Below are positions 38,019 to 47,791 of a stretch of 64,000 bases of DNA, in pieces. The stretch covers positions 1 through 64,000 of the IMG/VR virus record IMGVR_UViG_3300020129_000672; one strand, 5' to 3'. Under the pieces are notes generated by a model, which saw only the letters and a program-made list of their open reading frames with translations, was not told the origin of the DNA and searched no databases. The position numbers and the translations under genes were made by a program. Position 1 is the stretch's first letter, and the number at the start of each line of letters is the position of its first letter. The DNA comes from a virus.

Positions 38019-39432
38019 ACATCAGCATGTAGGTCAGTGCGTCAAAAATATGCTTCAGCGGATCTTTCGGGTCGATGTCGCCGTCAGAGTCGGTTTCGAT
38101 CTGTTCCAGCATTTGGATGATGCAGGTGCAGCGCGCGCTGATGAACAGCCGATTGTTGTTCAGCATCCGCTTCAGCAGCTCCTGCCGTTTGAACACACTG
38201 CCTGCCCCCTTCTTGATCCCCTTGAGCAGGATCCGACCGTCGGTTCCCAGGCGAATTTCTCTGGCGACCGAGCTGTCGGCGGCCGATGAATAGTTGAGGG
38301 ACGAACTGTCGGACCAATGGCGCCAACGGAGGTAGGGAGTATTTTTGCCCTCCATGTGATTTTCCCAGAAATCCATTTTGGACGCAAATTCCCGCCCAAA
38401 CCGGCCGGCCGAATAGTTGACGCCCGTTCGGACATGCTCGTCGATCACGTAGATCTGCTGCGTGCCGTCTTCGACCATCACTTTGCAGCCGATGACCGCC
38501 GCGTGATTCATCGCGTCCCCCATGTCCCAGCCGGTCGGGAATTCCGAACAGCCCTCGGGCGGCATCAGGGCCGACCTCATCCGCGGATCGGACGGCGCGA
38601 GGTCGCCAATCACGTGGTGCTCCGCCCGGAACTGATCTTTGAAGGCCGTTCCCTCCCGGCTGGCCACCCATTCACCGCGGTAGTTCCGGGCCAGCTCGAT
38701 TTCATCGTGACTGTTGTTCTCCCGGATGCTGTCTTTTACCGACTGCGGAATGAACTGATTGTCCTCCAGAGTGAACGCCACTTCCATCAGGTGGGGCTTT
38801 ATATCCGGTGGGTAATTGCCATCCCGGTCGCGCAGGAATTTTTGGTACAGCCAGCTCTTTCGGCCGGTCCGGGGTGGATTGCAGTCGAGGAAGATCTCGT
38901 GCTTGTGGTCCGGGATATGCCAGATCCGGAGCTGATCGCTCAGCTTGTTCAGCACGTCCTCGCTGTCCCACCGGTCGGCCTCCACCAGGTAGAAGCCGCT
39001 GAATCGACTGTCCTTGAACTTCTCGACCGCCCGGTCGGTCTCCAGCGTGTGGAGCTGCACCTCGGATTGGCCGCCATGCTTGTTCCAAATCCGAAAATAC
39101 CGCATTTTAGTGTCACGTACGAACGATGGTCTGACCGCGTATTCGCATCCATCAAGCTCCTTGAACCATTGGTCCTCGAGGATCCCATAGGGCCCAACAA
39201 TATCGTCCCAAACACCGTTGACCGACAGCTTCAATCCTTTCACGACCACGCCAAACACCGCGCCATTATTGAGCCAGCAGTGGTTGATCACCATATTCTG
39301 GATCGTATTACTCTTGGTCGATCGCCTAGGACCGTGCAGAAGGGTGATTCGTCGGTGGTTTAGGTAGACCTCAATTCCCTTGTCTGACATGCGGGGCACC
39401 CAAAACCGCTGCTTGTTCCGGCTGATAATCAT
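37954..39432 (-). CDS. terL: terminase large subunit
   Basis: Walker-A-like LHGPRRSTKS, YLVEAD, LDCNPP, EDNQFI, YRGEW; nuclease motifs GWDMG and KHIFDALTY. Confidence 0.85.
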   Translation of the reverse strand: MIISRNKQRFWVPRMSDKGIEVYLNHRRITLLHGPRRSTKSNTIQNMVINHCWLNNGAVFGVVVKGLKLSVNGVWDDIVGPYGILEDQWFKELDGCEYAVRPSFVRDTKMRYFRIWNKHGGQSEVQLHTLETDRAVEKFKDSRFSGFYLVEADRWDSEDVLNKLSDQLRIWHIPDHKHEIFLDCNPPRTGRKSWLYQKFLRDRDGNYPPDIKPHLMEVAFTLEDNQFIPQSVKDSIRENNSHDEIELARNYRGEWVASREGTAFKDQFRAEHHVIGDLAPSDPRMRSALMPPEGCSEFPTGWDMGDAMNHAAVIGCKVMVEDGTQQIYVIDEHVRTGVNYSAGRFGREFASKMDFWENHMEGKNTPYLRWRHWSDSSSLNYSSAADSSVAREIRLGTDGRILLKGIKKGAGSVFKRQELLKRMLNNNRLFISARCTCIIQMLEQIETDSDGDIDPKDPLKHIFDALTYMLMYEIGIFSIPLTPQATTITRIA

Positions 39433-39468
39433 TGCGAATCCGGCCGGACCGTACCATCATGATGGCCG

Positions 39469-39879
39469 ATGAGCACGACAGATTTGGGAGTAATGCCCGA
39501 AAAGAAAGGGCCAATGTGTTGTGACGACCAGCCCAAAGGTCCATGTTACCCAACTGTCTGCCTGCGAGATGAGGCGCTTGATAAGTTCCTCGAGTCGATG
39601 CCGGACCTGAAGGGCGAACTCCCACCGATTGAAGATACCATCAATTGCCGGGCGACGTTCGAGGTCAGTGGAATGTCGGACAATGAGTACGGACGATCGC
39701 TTGATCTGAAGCTCATATCGGTCGCCGACGTATCGGTCGATGCGACAGATCCGACGGCGGATGAGCCGGCTGAGGGCGAAACGGCGGATGAGCCGACGGA
39801 TAAGTCCAATATTCCGGCCAAGACCAAAACTCCACCAATCAATCAGCCGGCCAAGAAATCCGCGTCGGGCGGCTACTGA
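39469..39879 (+). CDS. acidic hypothetical protein
   Basis: Divergent from terL, promoter-like TTGCGA-N17-CATCAT. Confidence 0.65.
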   Translation: MSTTDLGVMPEKKGPMCCDDQPKGPCYPTVCLRDEALDKFLESMPDLKGELPPIEDTINCRATFEVSGMSDNEYGRSLDLKLISVADVSVDATDPTADEPAEGETADEPTDKSNIPAKTKTPPINQPAKKSASGGY

Positions 39880-39882
39880 GCT

Positions 39883-42276
39883 ATGGGTCTGATCGCGGCG
39901 CTGAAGGAGAAGGGTTACGACCCGAAGAAACTTCAGGCGATATTTGAAAACAAGAAGCTTGGCAAGGAAACCAAGGGCGATCTGGCACTGACGCAGAAAT
40001 TGATTGAGCGTCATCGAGGGTTGATCAGGGACGGTCTGGACCAGAATTGGCAGTCGGCCAGGCATTGGCGGGCGATTGACGATGCGTATGACGCCGGCCA
40101 GGAGCAGATCACGGTGTCGATCATGCGGGGTCTGATCGGCAAGAAGCCAGATTCAGAGGAAGTACTTTCGGCGATCAAGCACTGGAAGCTCGATAGCATG
40201 CTGACCTGGACGGGTGAGGGGGTTAACCGAAAGGCCGTTCTGGATCTCCCGATCTTCTTCAACATTTTCGTCCCCCTGACCGCCGCCTACACGAAGGTCA
40301 GGTGGGCAAAGCTCTGGACCGATCGCGATACGGTTCCGCTTTACAAATATTCGCCCACCAGCTCGACCGTCGAGGCGAAGCTCGCTTGCCAGGTGGTGAC
40401 CGATCAGGTGGCGTTTGCGGCGGAAACCATGCAGTACCGTGTGATCGAGCGGGAGGTCATCCTGCCGGCCTTGCTTTACTCCTACGCTTGGACGATGCCA
40501 CGGTCGGACTGTGTGGTGGAGAAATCGTTGTGGAAGGGCAAGGGGGCGGTTGAGGAGTACATCACGCGTGAGGGCATCGACTGGATGGTCGTTCACCCTG
40601 CCAAGTCGTTCTTTGATCGGTCGTACCCACTGAGTTCGATCAACGCTGATTGCGGGATCCGGTGGTTCGGCAATTGGACGGTTGTGGCCTTCAGTTCGAT
40701 CGAAAACAATGAGGCGTATTGGAATAAGGACACGATCTCGGTCTACAGCGGGGAGCAGGCCAACACGTGGGTGCGGCCCAGCGAGTGGAAGGTCTATCAG
40801 CAGTTTTATCCCTGCACGCTTAAGATGCCTGACTGTTGGTCGAACGAATTATCGAACTCCCGGGACGCCGTTTATTACAACCAGTCGATTACCGACCATG
40901 GTGTACAGATCATCAATTTCTTCGATAAGCTGGTGCCGTCCCAGTACGGGCTCTACGCGTGCGACACGCCGGTCTGGCACCACTTTATTTACGCCGGGGA
41001 TGGAACGGTCATCCATTGCGTCCCGGTCGCCTACACGCCCGGGACGGTTGATCTCTACGACTACGACACCAACCGCGCGCGCAACACCTCGCTCGCCCAG
41101 GAGCTCCTGCCGTTCCAAGATCACATAAGCAATCTCCTTACCCAATATCTGCTGAGCGTTAAGCAGAATCTGGCGAACCTGACGTTCGTCGATCAGCGGC
41201 AGATTCCGCCGGAGACGATCGACAAGGTGGAGAATCTCGCGAAGTCATCTTACGTCGGGATGAACCTCATCCGGTACAACCGGCTGGACTTTGATCAGAT
41301 GGGGGCGACCGCCACTCAGGCGATCACGCCCCTGGCATTTCCGAAGCACAACACACAGGAGATCGTTCAGGCGATCAACACCACGATCTCGATCGCCGAG
41401 CGGATGCTCGGGTTTTCCCCACAGGAGATTGGTGCGGCCGCCAGCCACGAGCAGTCGGCGACCGAAGTGGCGGTCATCAGCCAAGGGACGTCCACCAGGC
41501 TGGCCCTTACCGGGTCGTTCATTGACGACGGTCGATCGGCCCGTCAGAAACGGGCGTACGACGCGTGGCTTGAGTATTCGGAGCGGGAGATCAGCCAGAC
41601 CCTATCAGGCATGCAGCCGCTGCATATCAAGGCGCTGAAGGATATGGGATTTACCGTCACCGAAACGCCGGGCACCGATCTGGTGAAGATCGAAGGCAGC
41701 CGGGAGTTGGTGGACATCGATTCGTTCACCCAGACACGGGCGCCGCAGGACCGGTTCAACGACTCGAAGGTCGCCATCGCGATGATCCAGGCGATCCAGA
41801 TGTTGATGAGCAACCAGCTGATTGTTGAACGGTTTGGCGTCGACTTCTTTGTCCGGCGGTTTAACGAGATCCTTGAATTTTCTGGCGTACCCGGTGATTG
41901 GCGGTTTGATCTCGACAACGCCAAGGGCGCCCAACCGTCTCAGCAGCAGATGATGCAGCAGGTCACTCAGTTCATCGAGCAGGCGTTGCAGAAGAATAAC
42001 CAGGCGATCACCGGAGAGCTGCAGCAGGTGATTAATTCGACGGGTGAACATTTCAAACAGACGGACCAGCAGGTCTCTTCACTTGCCCAGGCGACGGGCG
42101 GTAAGTTGCAGGAGCAGCAGCAGATATTGGCCGCCCTGCTCGATCAGGTTCGGGGGATCATTCAACCGCAGTTCTCACCCCAGACGGCGGTTGTCCCCGC
42201 CCCGCCGGTCGAACTCCCACCACCGCCCGAGCCGGCGCTTAATCCGCCCGTTGGCCAGCCGGTAGCTCCTGTGTGA
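39883..42276 (+). CDS. portal protein (putative)
   Basis: 797 aa; position next to terL and before scaffold/capsid; QELLPFQD, SATEV motif; Gln-rich C-terminal helix. Confidence 0.75.
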   Translation: MGLIAALKEKGYDPKKLQAIFENKKLGKETKGDLALTQKLIERHRGLIRDGLDQNWQSARHWRAIDDAYDAGQEQITVSIMRGLIGKKPDSEEVLSAIKHWKLDSMLTWTGEGVNRKAVLDLPIFFNIFVPLTAAYTKVRWAKLWTDRDTVPLYKYSPTSSTVEAKLACQVVTDQVAFAAETMQYRVIEREVILPALLYSYAWTMPRSDCVVEKSLWKGKGAVEEYITREGIDWMVVHPAKSFFDRSYPLSSINADCGIRWFGNWTVVAFSSIENNEAYWNKDTISVYSGEQANTWVRPSEWKVYQQFYPCTLKMPDCWSNELSNSRDAVYYNQSITDHGVQIINFFDKLVPSQYGLYACDTPVWHHFIYAGDGTVIHCVPVAYTPGTVDLYDYDTNRARNTSLAQELLPFQDHISNLLTQYLLSVKQNLANLTFVDQRQIPPETIDKVENLAKSSYVGMNLIRYNRLDFDQMGATATQAITPLAFPKHNTQEIVQAINTTISIAERMLGFSPQEIGAAASHEQSATEVAVISQGTSTRLALTGSFIDDGRSARQKRAYDAWLEYSEREISQTLSGMQPLHIKALKDMGFTVTETPGTDLVKIEGSRELVDIDSFTQTRAPQDRFNDSKVAIAMIQAIQMLMSNQLIVERFGVDFFVRRFNEILEFSGVPGDWRFDLDNAKGAQPSQQQMMQQVTQFIEQALQKNNQAITGELQQVINSTGEHFKQTDQQVSSLAQATGGKLQEQQQILAALLDQVRGIIQPQFSPQTAVVPAPPVELPPPPEPALNPPVGQPVAPV

Positions 42277-42569
42277 CGCAGCCAGAGGTAATTCTGGTGA
42301 CGCCCGAAATGCGGGGGCGGATCATCGAGATGTGGCGATCACAGCCGATGGAGGCGCTTATCCGGTCAATGCGGTTGAGGCACGAACTGTTGATGAGGCA
42401 GATCGTTCAAGAATGCGCGACGGCTGCTCATGGTATAGCTCAGGCCGGTATTCAGGGAATTCCACCAACCACCGGTGGACCATTTCGAACCGCTGCGCTG
42501 TTGCTCCTGGCGATCGAGGCGATCGAGCGGGAGGCAACGGGTGAACAAATAATCCTAAAACTAGTATGA
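42273..42569 (+). CDS. small head-module protein
   Basis: Coupled between portal and scaffold. Confidence 0.6.
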   Translation: MTQPEVILVTPEMRGRIIEMWRSQPMEALIRSMRLRHELLMRQIVQECATAAHGIAQAGIQGIPPTTGGPFRTAALLLLAIEAIEREATGEQIILKLV

Positions 42570-44047
42570 GTGAAGAAACAACATTAGCCGCCCCACCGGC
42601 GGCATCAACAACCACCACCGCCGCGTCCAAACCAGATCAGGCAGCAACACCGCCCGATCTGTTGGCGACGATTGCCGCCCGGATGACGGCTGTTCGGAAG
42701 ACGCATAATCTCTCAGACTCCGTTACGCCGGAGAAAAAGACGGAACAGCCGAAAGAGCCGCCAAAGGAGGAGGCCAAACCAGAGGCAAAGACCGAGGCTA
42801 AGATTGAGGCCAAGACGGAGGAAAAACCTGAATCAAAGACGGAAGAAAAACCGGCGGTTAAGCCGGAGCCGAAGCCAAAGGACGAACGGCCGCCGCGGCG
42901 CCGGACGCATCACACGGTGGCCGAGCCGCGGGTGGACACCAACCAGGTGGTTAAGGACGTCGTGGCGCAGGTCGTTCCGCAGGTGATCAAAGCCAGCCAG
43001 CCCAAGCCGGAGCCAAAGGAATCGCCGATCCCCGAGATGTTTCGGCATGATCTCGATCTCTACGAATCGCTCGAGCGGGTGTATCCCGATAAGTACGGGG
43101 GTGACAAACTGACTCGGGCGCTCGCTGATTCGGCTAAGCGGATCGATCTCTATCGTGACCGGTGGGAGAAGGAGAATCCGGATCAGCCGTTTGTAGAGGC
43201 CGACCACCAGGACGAGATCGACAAGCTGCTACCGCCCATCAGTTCGCGCGAGATCGCGCGCGCACAGTCGGAGCTGACGACCCGGCAGCTCCAGGAGTCT
43301 CAGCGGGAGAAGCAGCAGGAGACCACCCGGGTGGCTCAGAAGGAGGAACGTCAGCAGAAGATCACCCAGACGGCCGGCCAGGCGGCCGGTGAGTTCCGAC
43401 GAGCGATCGCCACGGCGGTCGATCCGGAGATGGAGCAGGCGCTTAAATCGGGCGACCAGCAGAAGATCAATGAACGCCTCGAGGCCGAGCCGCTGGCCCA
43501 TATGGTGGGTGATCAGGTGGCGCGCCGGTTCGAGCCACTATATGCCCGGGCGGCCGTGATGTTCACTCCCGAAGGAGGGCCGACGATTGATCCGGCGACC
43601 AACCCAGTGGATGGCCATATCCTGAATGAGCTGCTGCCGCAGATGGAGGACTATCTGGACGGTCGACAGATCAATGGTCGTCCGTACGTTCCGATGCAGG
43701 AGTATCTGGAGATGAATCCGCGGGAGCAGCGCCGACACTCAACCTTCAGCCGCGAGCTGATGTTGGACTACATTAAGGCGCTGGCGGCCGGTGAAATTAC
43801 GCAGCTGAGCCAGAAGGTGGGACTCAAGCCGCGCACTAATGGTCAGCCGAATGCGAGTAAAACATCGCAACCGGCTGAAACCAAGGAGGAGAAGAAAGCG
43901 GAGGAAACAAAGGCCAGTTCGGCCAGTGGGGTGGGATCTCCCGGTGGTGGACCTGCGTTATCAACCGGCTCGGCCGCCCCGTCGAGCGCCAGAAATTTGC
44001 GGGCAAAGTTCATATCCGGCGCATTGGGAAGTACGATGGCGGCGTAA
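42566..44047 (+). CDS. capsid scaffolding protein (putative)
   Basis: E/K/P-rich disordered N-terminus and coiled coil; directly upstream of the capsid gene. Confidence 0.65.
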   Translation: MSEETTLAAPPAASTTTTAASKPDQAATPPDLLATIAARMTAVRKTHNLSDSVTPEKKTEQPKEPPKEEAKPEAKTEAKIEAKTEEKPESKTEEKPAVKPEPKPKDERPPRRRTHHTVAEPRVDTNQVVKDVVAQVVPQVIKASQPKPEPKESPIPEMFRHDLDLYESLERVYPDKYGGDKLTRALADSAKRIDLYRDRWEKENPDQPFVEADHQDEIDKLLPPISSREIARAQSELTTRQLQESQREKQQETTRVAQKEERQQKITQTAGQAAGEFRRAIATAVDPEMEQALKSGDQQKINERLEAEPLAHMVGDQVARRFEPLYARAAVMFTPEGGPTIDPATNPVDGHILNELLPQMEDYLDGRQINGRPYVPMQEYLEMNPREQRRHSTFSRELMLDYIKALAAGEITQLSQKVGLKPRTNGQPNASKTSQPAETKEEKKAEETKASSASGVGSPGGGPALSTGSAAPSSARNLRAKFISGALGSTMAA

Positions 44048-44050
44048 ATT

Positions 44051-45823
44051 ATGCCAGCCATAGCCGTACCTGTAACGGACGACATCTTCGCAAAGTGTAT
44101 CCCCAATTACTCGTTGGGGACCAAGATGTGCACCGGTCTGACGTTGACCGAGCTGTCCCCGACGACCGTTGATGAATGGACGGCCATCTATACCGACGAG
44201 AGCGGTAAGTGGCGGTTGATGGGAGCGCTGATCGAAAGCGATTTCATCGGCCGATCGTGCCAGACCCGGCAGAATACGCTGTGGGATTGGATCAGTCAGA
44301 CGGCCCGGGCGTGGGACAGCAAGCGACTTTCGATCAGCGGTGTCGACCGCGGGATTCGCGAGGTCGCGCCGTATGTGAAGATGGGCCGCAAGGGCATCAT
44401 CAATAACAATTACTGGTCGGTCACCAACGGGGCGGCCGGCGGTGGTACGAGTCCGAATAACAGCAGCACCTACACTCATCACTTTGATCTGACGAGCCAA
44501 ACGGGTATTCCGCCGGGGGATGTGGGCGAACAGTCGGGGTGGTTTACCAACAAGATCCCGATCTACATCCGTGGCAAAAACACCGGCAGCGGCGTGGTAA
44601 CGACCACCGAGTGGGAGATCTTGGATTCTGACGTGCTGAACGACACGACGGTCCGTGTCTACTGCATCGACAAGAACACTGCGAGCTTCCTCTCCAGCGG
44701 CCATCTTCAGGTGCCGATCACCGGTCTGGCCATGCGCGGCACCCCGCGTGTCAGCGACTACGAAAGCTATTGCGCGCAGGTGCCGGGCATCAATCCAAAC
44801 CAGCAGGCGCTGTTCTGGATCGATAGCACGCGTTGGACACTCTGCGTCGATGAGGAGATGGAGAAGCTGATGGCGATGATCCGGGACAATAACCCGCTGT
44901 ACAAACAGTATGGCGATGTTCCGTCGGTCGAGCTCAACCGGCAGATCCTCGAGGACTTTCAGAATCGGTTGGTCAACCAGTTTTTCTGGGGCAAACCCCT
45001 GCCGAACCAGACGGCCGAGCTGTGGAAGAATCTCGATCTGATCAAGACGCCGGACGGCGCGATCGTCACCGACTTCTTCGACCTTCCGGATACGCTTGGT
45101 CGCAACATGGGTCGTCGCGCGGCGGCCGTTGGGATGTACGAGCAGCTGGCGGAGTGCAGTCGGATCAAGGATCTGGGCGGCCTGGCGCTGAACATTCCGG
45201 AACTCCTGGGTGAGCTCTATCTGATCTGGCGAACCCGGATGGATAATCGGGTGGACGCCAGCGTGATCGAGCTGGTGACGTCTACGTCTTACGCGCCGCT
45301 TCTGCGTCAAGGGTTCTTTAACTACATGCAGTCGAAGTACAACGGGGCGATGCGGATTAATTTCGACGGCAGTGACATTCTGAAGCCTAAGCGCCTACCC
45401 GGTGGCTTTACCTTCAGCGAGATCGATGTCGATTACCCGGCGGGTGTGACGGTCCGGATCGTCACCAGCCTGGCGTTTGACGATTTGTTGGACGCCCATG
45501 TGCGAGCCGCCTCCGGCTTGGAAGACGCTGGTCGCTGGGTGTTGATCCTCGACATCGGGAACTCGATGTACATGTCGGTCCTGGAGAGCAACACGGTGAC
45601 CAACAGCTCGGGCGATCTTTCGGTCTTGAGTCAGCTCAACCAGACTCTGCTGTGCACCATGAAGGTGCCGAAGAAAAAGCAGACGATGAAGAGCATGAAG
45701 TACACGTTCGTCAACGAATGCCCGGGCGCCTCGCTCTGGATCGAGGGGATCGCCAACCAAGTTCCGGAGCATTGTGCGCCGGTCGGGGACGTGACGGATT
45801 TGGCGGGCTCGCTCAGCGACTAG
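44051..45823 (+). CDS. major capsid protein (putative)
   Basis: Synteny after the scaffold and followed by a terminator; 590 aa. Confidence 0.7.
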   Translation: MPAIAVPVTDDIFAKCIPNYSLGTKMCTGLTLTELSPTTVDEWTAIYTDESGKWRLMGALIESDFIGRSCQTRQNTLWDWISQTARAWDSKRLSISGVDRGIREVAPYVKMGRKGIINNNYWSVTNGAAGGGTSPNNSSTYTHHFDLTSQTGIPPGDVGEQSGWFTNKIPIYIRGKNTGSGVVTTTEWEILDSDVLNDTTVRVYCIDKNTASFLSSGHLQVPITGLAMRGTPRVSDYESYCAQVPGINPNQQALFWIDSTRWTLCVDEEMEKLMAMIRDNNPLYKQYGDVPSVELNRQILEDFQNRLVNQFFWGKPLPNQTAELWKNLDLIKTPDGAIVTDFFDLPDTLGRNMGRRAAAVGMYEQLAECSRIKDLGGLALNIPELLGELYLIWRTRMDNRVDASVIELVTSTSYAPLLRQGFFNYMQSKYNGAMRINFDGSDILKPKRLPGGFTFSEIDVDYPAGVTVRIVTSLAFDDLLDAHVRAASGLEDAGRWVLILDIGNSMYMSVLESNTVTNSSGDLSVLSQLNQTLLCTMKVPKKKQTMKSMKYTFVNECPGASLWIEGIANQVPEHCAPVGDVTDLAGSLSD

Positions 45824-45850
45824 GCATTTGTCGGTGTTGTTTGATTCACC

Positions 45851-45885
45851 ACCCGGCCGCCGCCGCAGCAGCGGTCGGGTTTTTT
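45851..45885 (+). terminator. intrinsic terminator after the capsid gene
   Basis: acccggccgc...gcggtcgggt-ttttt. Confidence 0.8.
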
Positions 45886-46234
45886 GCAGATGACGACTTG
45901 GAATACTGGTTTTAATCCGACTCGCATTGTTCCAACGAACATATGCGGGGAGAATACCGTGCAGTTTCCGGGTATCGTCGTGTGGGGCAACAGTTCAGTC
46001 AGGATTCCGGATGGCCGGTTTGGAGTTTCGTACGCCTATGGATTTGGTACGGCTCCCGGATCGACCGGAAGCTTTTCAATCGTCAGTGGCCTACCGCCTG
46101 GCATTAGCATTGATTCGGGAGGAAATCTTTCAGGCACCCCGAGTGGCAGTGGTCTCTATACGTTTGATGTGACGCTAACAAACGCTGCGGGCACGCACAC
46201 CGTTCCGGTCGAACTTTTGATTAATCCGCCATGA
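45884..46234 (+). CDS. Ig-like (He_PIG type) virion protein
   Basis: GLPPGISIDSGGNLSGTP..SGLYTFDVT. Confidence 0.8.
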   Translation: MQMTTWNTGFNPTRIVPTNICGENTVQFPGIVVWGNSSVRIPDGRFGVSYAYGFGTAPGSTGSFSIVSGLPPGISIDSGGNLSGTPSGSGLYTFDVTLTNAAGTHTVPVELLINPP

Positions 46235-47283
46235 GCACCCCTTTTATTCCCATTCCACGACCGCCGAACACTCAAAACTGTGAGGATGGAATTTACGCCG
46301 GCACCCTGCCGAGTCAGATCTGCAACCCGGATGTCATTTGCAATCTCCGGTGTATTGATGTGGTGATCGATGATCGTCAGGAGTTTGATACGCCGCTCAA
46401 TGGTGGGGTCTACAGTTACACCATTCAGAAGACGCGCGGTAGTAGTCCGATTGTGTGGACGATTACGACCGGTGCACTCCCGGCCGGCCTGGCGCTCAAC
46501 GCATCAACCGGAGCGATTACAGGGACGGTGACTGAGACGGAAGATAACACTGGATCGGTCGAGTTCACGGCCACTAATTGCGATACCGGAACCAGCACCA
46601 TCACCTGGGAATGGACGGTTGGTGGATGTACTGCACCGTCCGATCTGTTGCCGGCGTCGGGTGATATTGCTCAGCCGGTGGTTGGTGTGGACTATACGGT
46701 TGCGTTCACCGCCAGCGGCAGTGGTCCTTTGGTGTTCACCGTTACCTCTGGAGCGGCTGGTCTAACAGCGGCCGGTATTACGCTGGCGCCGGACGGGACA
46801 CTCACCTGGGCGGGGGCGGATGTTGATACGGCTGAGCATGTGTTTGAGGTGACGGCCACCGGGCCCTGCGGATCGGTCGCTGAGACATACACAATTCAAG
46901 GGACTGAGCCGGTGACGCCGAAGACTCTTCGTTGGGGTAACCTCGCCTATCCTGGAGCTCCGGCAGCGGCACCGACATTCGTCGAGGGCGACTTTATTAG
47001 CGGTGGTCCGCTATTCAGCGACTACACTGAGGCGGGCGCAACGGCGGCCGTCACCCGCGTTGGATCCTACATCTTCCCGTCGATCGCCGGTACGCGTCAA
47101 GTGATGTGGATCGCCGACAGTCTTTTGGTGGGGACCGAAACCTTCATGGTTAGTGGTCTTCCATGGGGACTCGACCCGGGAGATAACACCTATCTCCAAT
47201 CACTGACGATCGCCGGGGTGGCCGGAAAGGTATTTTTTACCAGCGATCGCAATGGCGGAAGCTATACCGTAGATGTCACATAA
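46231..47283 (+). CDS. Ig-like repeat virion protein
   Basis: GALPAGLALNASTGAITGT; a second Ig-like unit; C-terminal domain paralogous to 47273. Confidence 0.8.
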   Translation: MSTPFIPIPRPPNTQNCEDGIYAGTLPSQICNPDVICNLRCIDVVIDDRQEFDTPLNGGVYSYTIQKTRGSSPIVWTITTGALPAGLALNASTGAITGTVTETEDNTGSVEFTATNCDTGTSTITWEWTVGGCTAPSDLLPASGDIAQPVVGVDYTVAFTASGSGPLVFTVTSGAAGLTAAGITLAPDGTLTWAGADVDTAEHVFEVTATGPCGSVAETYTIQGTEPVTPKTLRWGNLAYPGAPAAAPTFVEGDFISGGPLFSDYTEAGATAAVTRVGSYIFPSIAGTRQVMWIADSLLVGTETFMVSGLPWGLDPGDNTYLQSLTIAGVAGKVFFTSDRNGGSYTVDVT

Positions 47284-47791
47284 GGGGTTCAAAATTCTGG
47301 TCGCCCTGGCGGCCTTGTTGCTGGTTGCCGCCGTTCCGCAAAAGACGGTGGTGATTCCGCCGGTTATTACCGTCACGCCGGCGACAGGCGCACCACCAAC
47401 CCAAGTGTCGGTCAAACCGACGACCATAAGGTGGGGAAATTATCTTTGGGCCGGCGCGCCCGATGCGGCCCCGAAATTCGTGGAGTTTGATCTGGCAGGC
47501 CGAAGTCCGTTGTTCGTCGATTGGAATCGGTCGGTGGCGACCAATCTGGTTGGAGACTATCTTTTCAAGTCAAGGCGGGGAGCCCGTCAGGTGTTTTGGG
47601 TGGCTGATCAGTTGCTTAAAAATCGACAAACCACATTTACCAGCAGTGGATTTCCCGTCGGGTTTGATCCCGGGGACGATCAGGCACACCAATCGCTGAC
47701 CATTCAGAAAGTGCCGGGTAAGGTCTACGTAACGTCCGATCGCAATGGCGGGAGTTATGTGGTGAGTGTAAAGCAAACACCTAATCGATGA
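47273..47791 (+). CDS. signal-peptide protein paralogous to the C-terminus of 46231..47283
   Basis: MSHKGFKILVALAALLLVAA; shared motifs RWGN..GAP.AAP.FVE and DPGD...TSDRNGGSY. Confidence 0.75.
   Translation: MSHKGFKILVALAALLLVAAVPQKTVVIPPVITVTPATGAPPTQVSVKPTTIRWGNYLWAGAPDAAPKFVEFDLAGRSPLFVDWNRSVATNLVGDYLFKSRRGARQVFWVADQLLKNRQTTFTSSGFPVGFDPGDDQAHQSLTIQKVPGKVYVTSDRNGGSYVVSVKQTPNR

Noticed and set aside
38317-39363. 348-aa + strand ORF (likewise 43961-45310 -, 216-887 +, 55871-56485 -)
   Set aside because: Antisense shadows of terL, capsid, methyltransferase and fibre genes in high-GC DNA, with no motifs.
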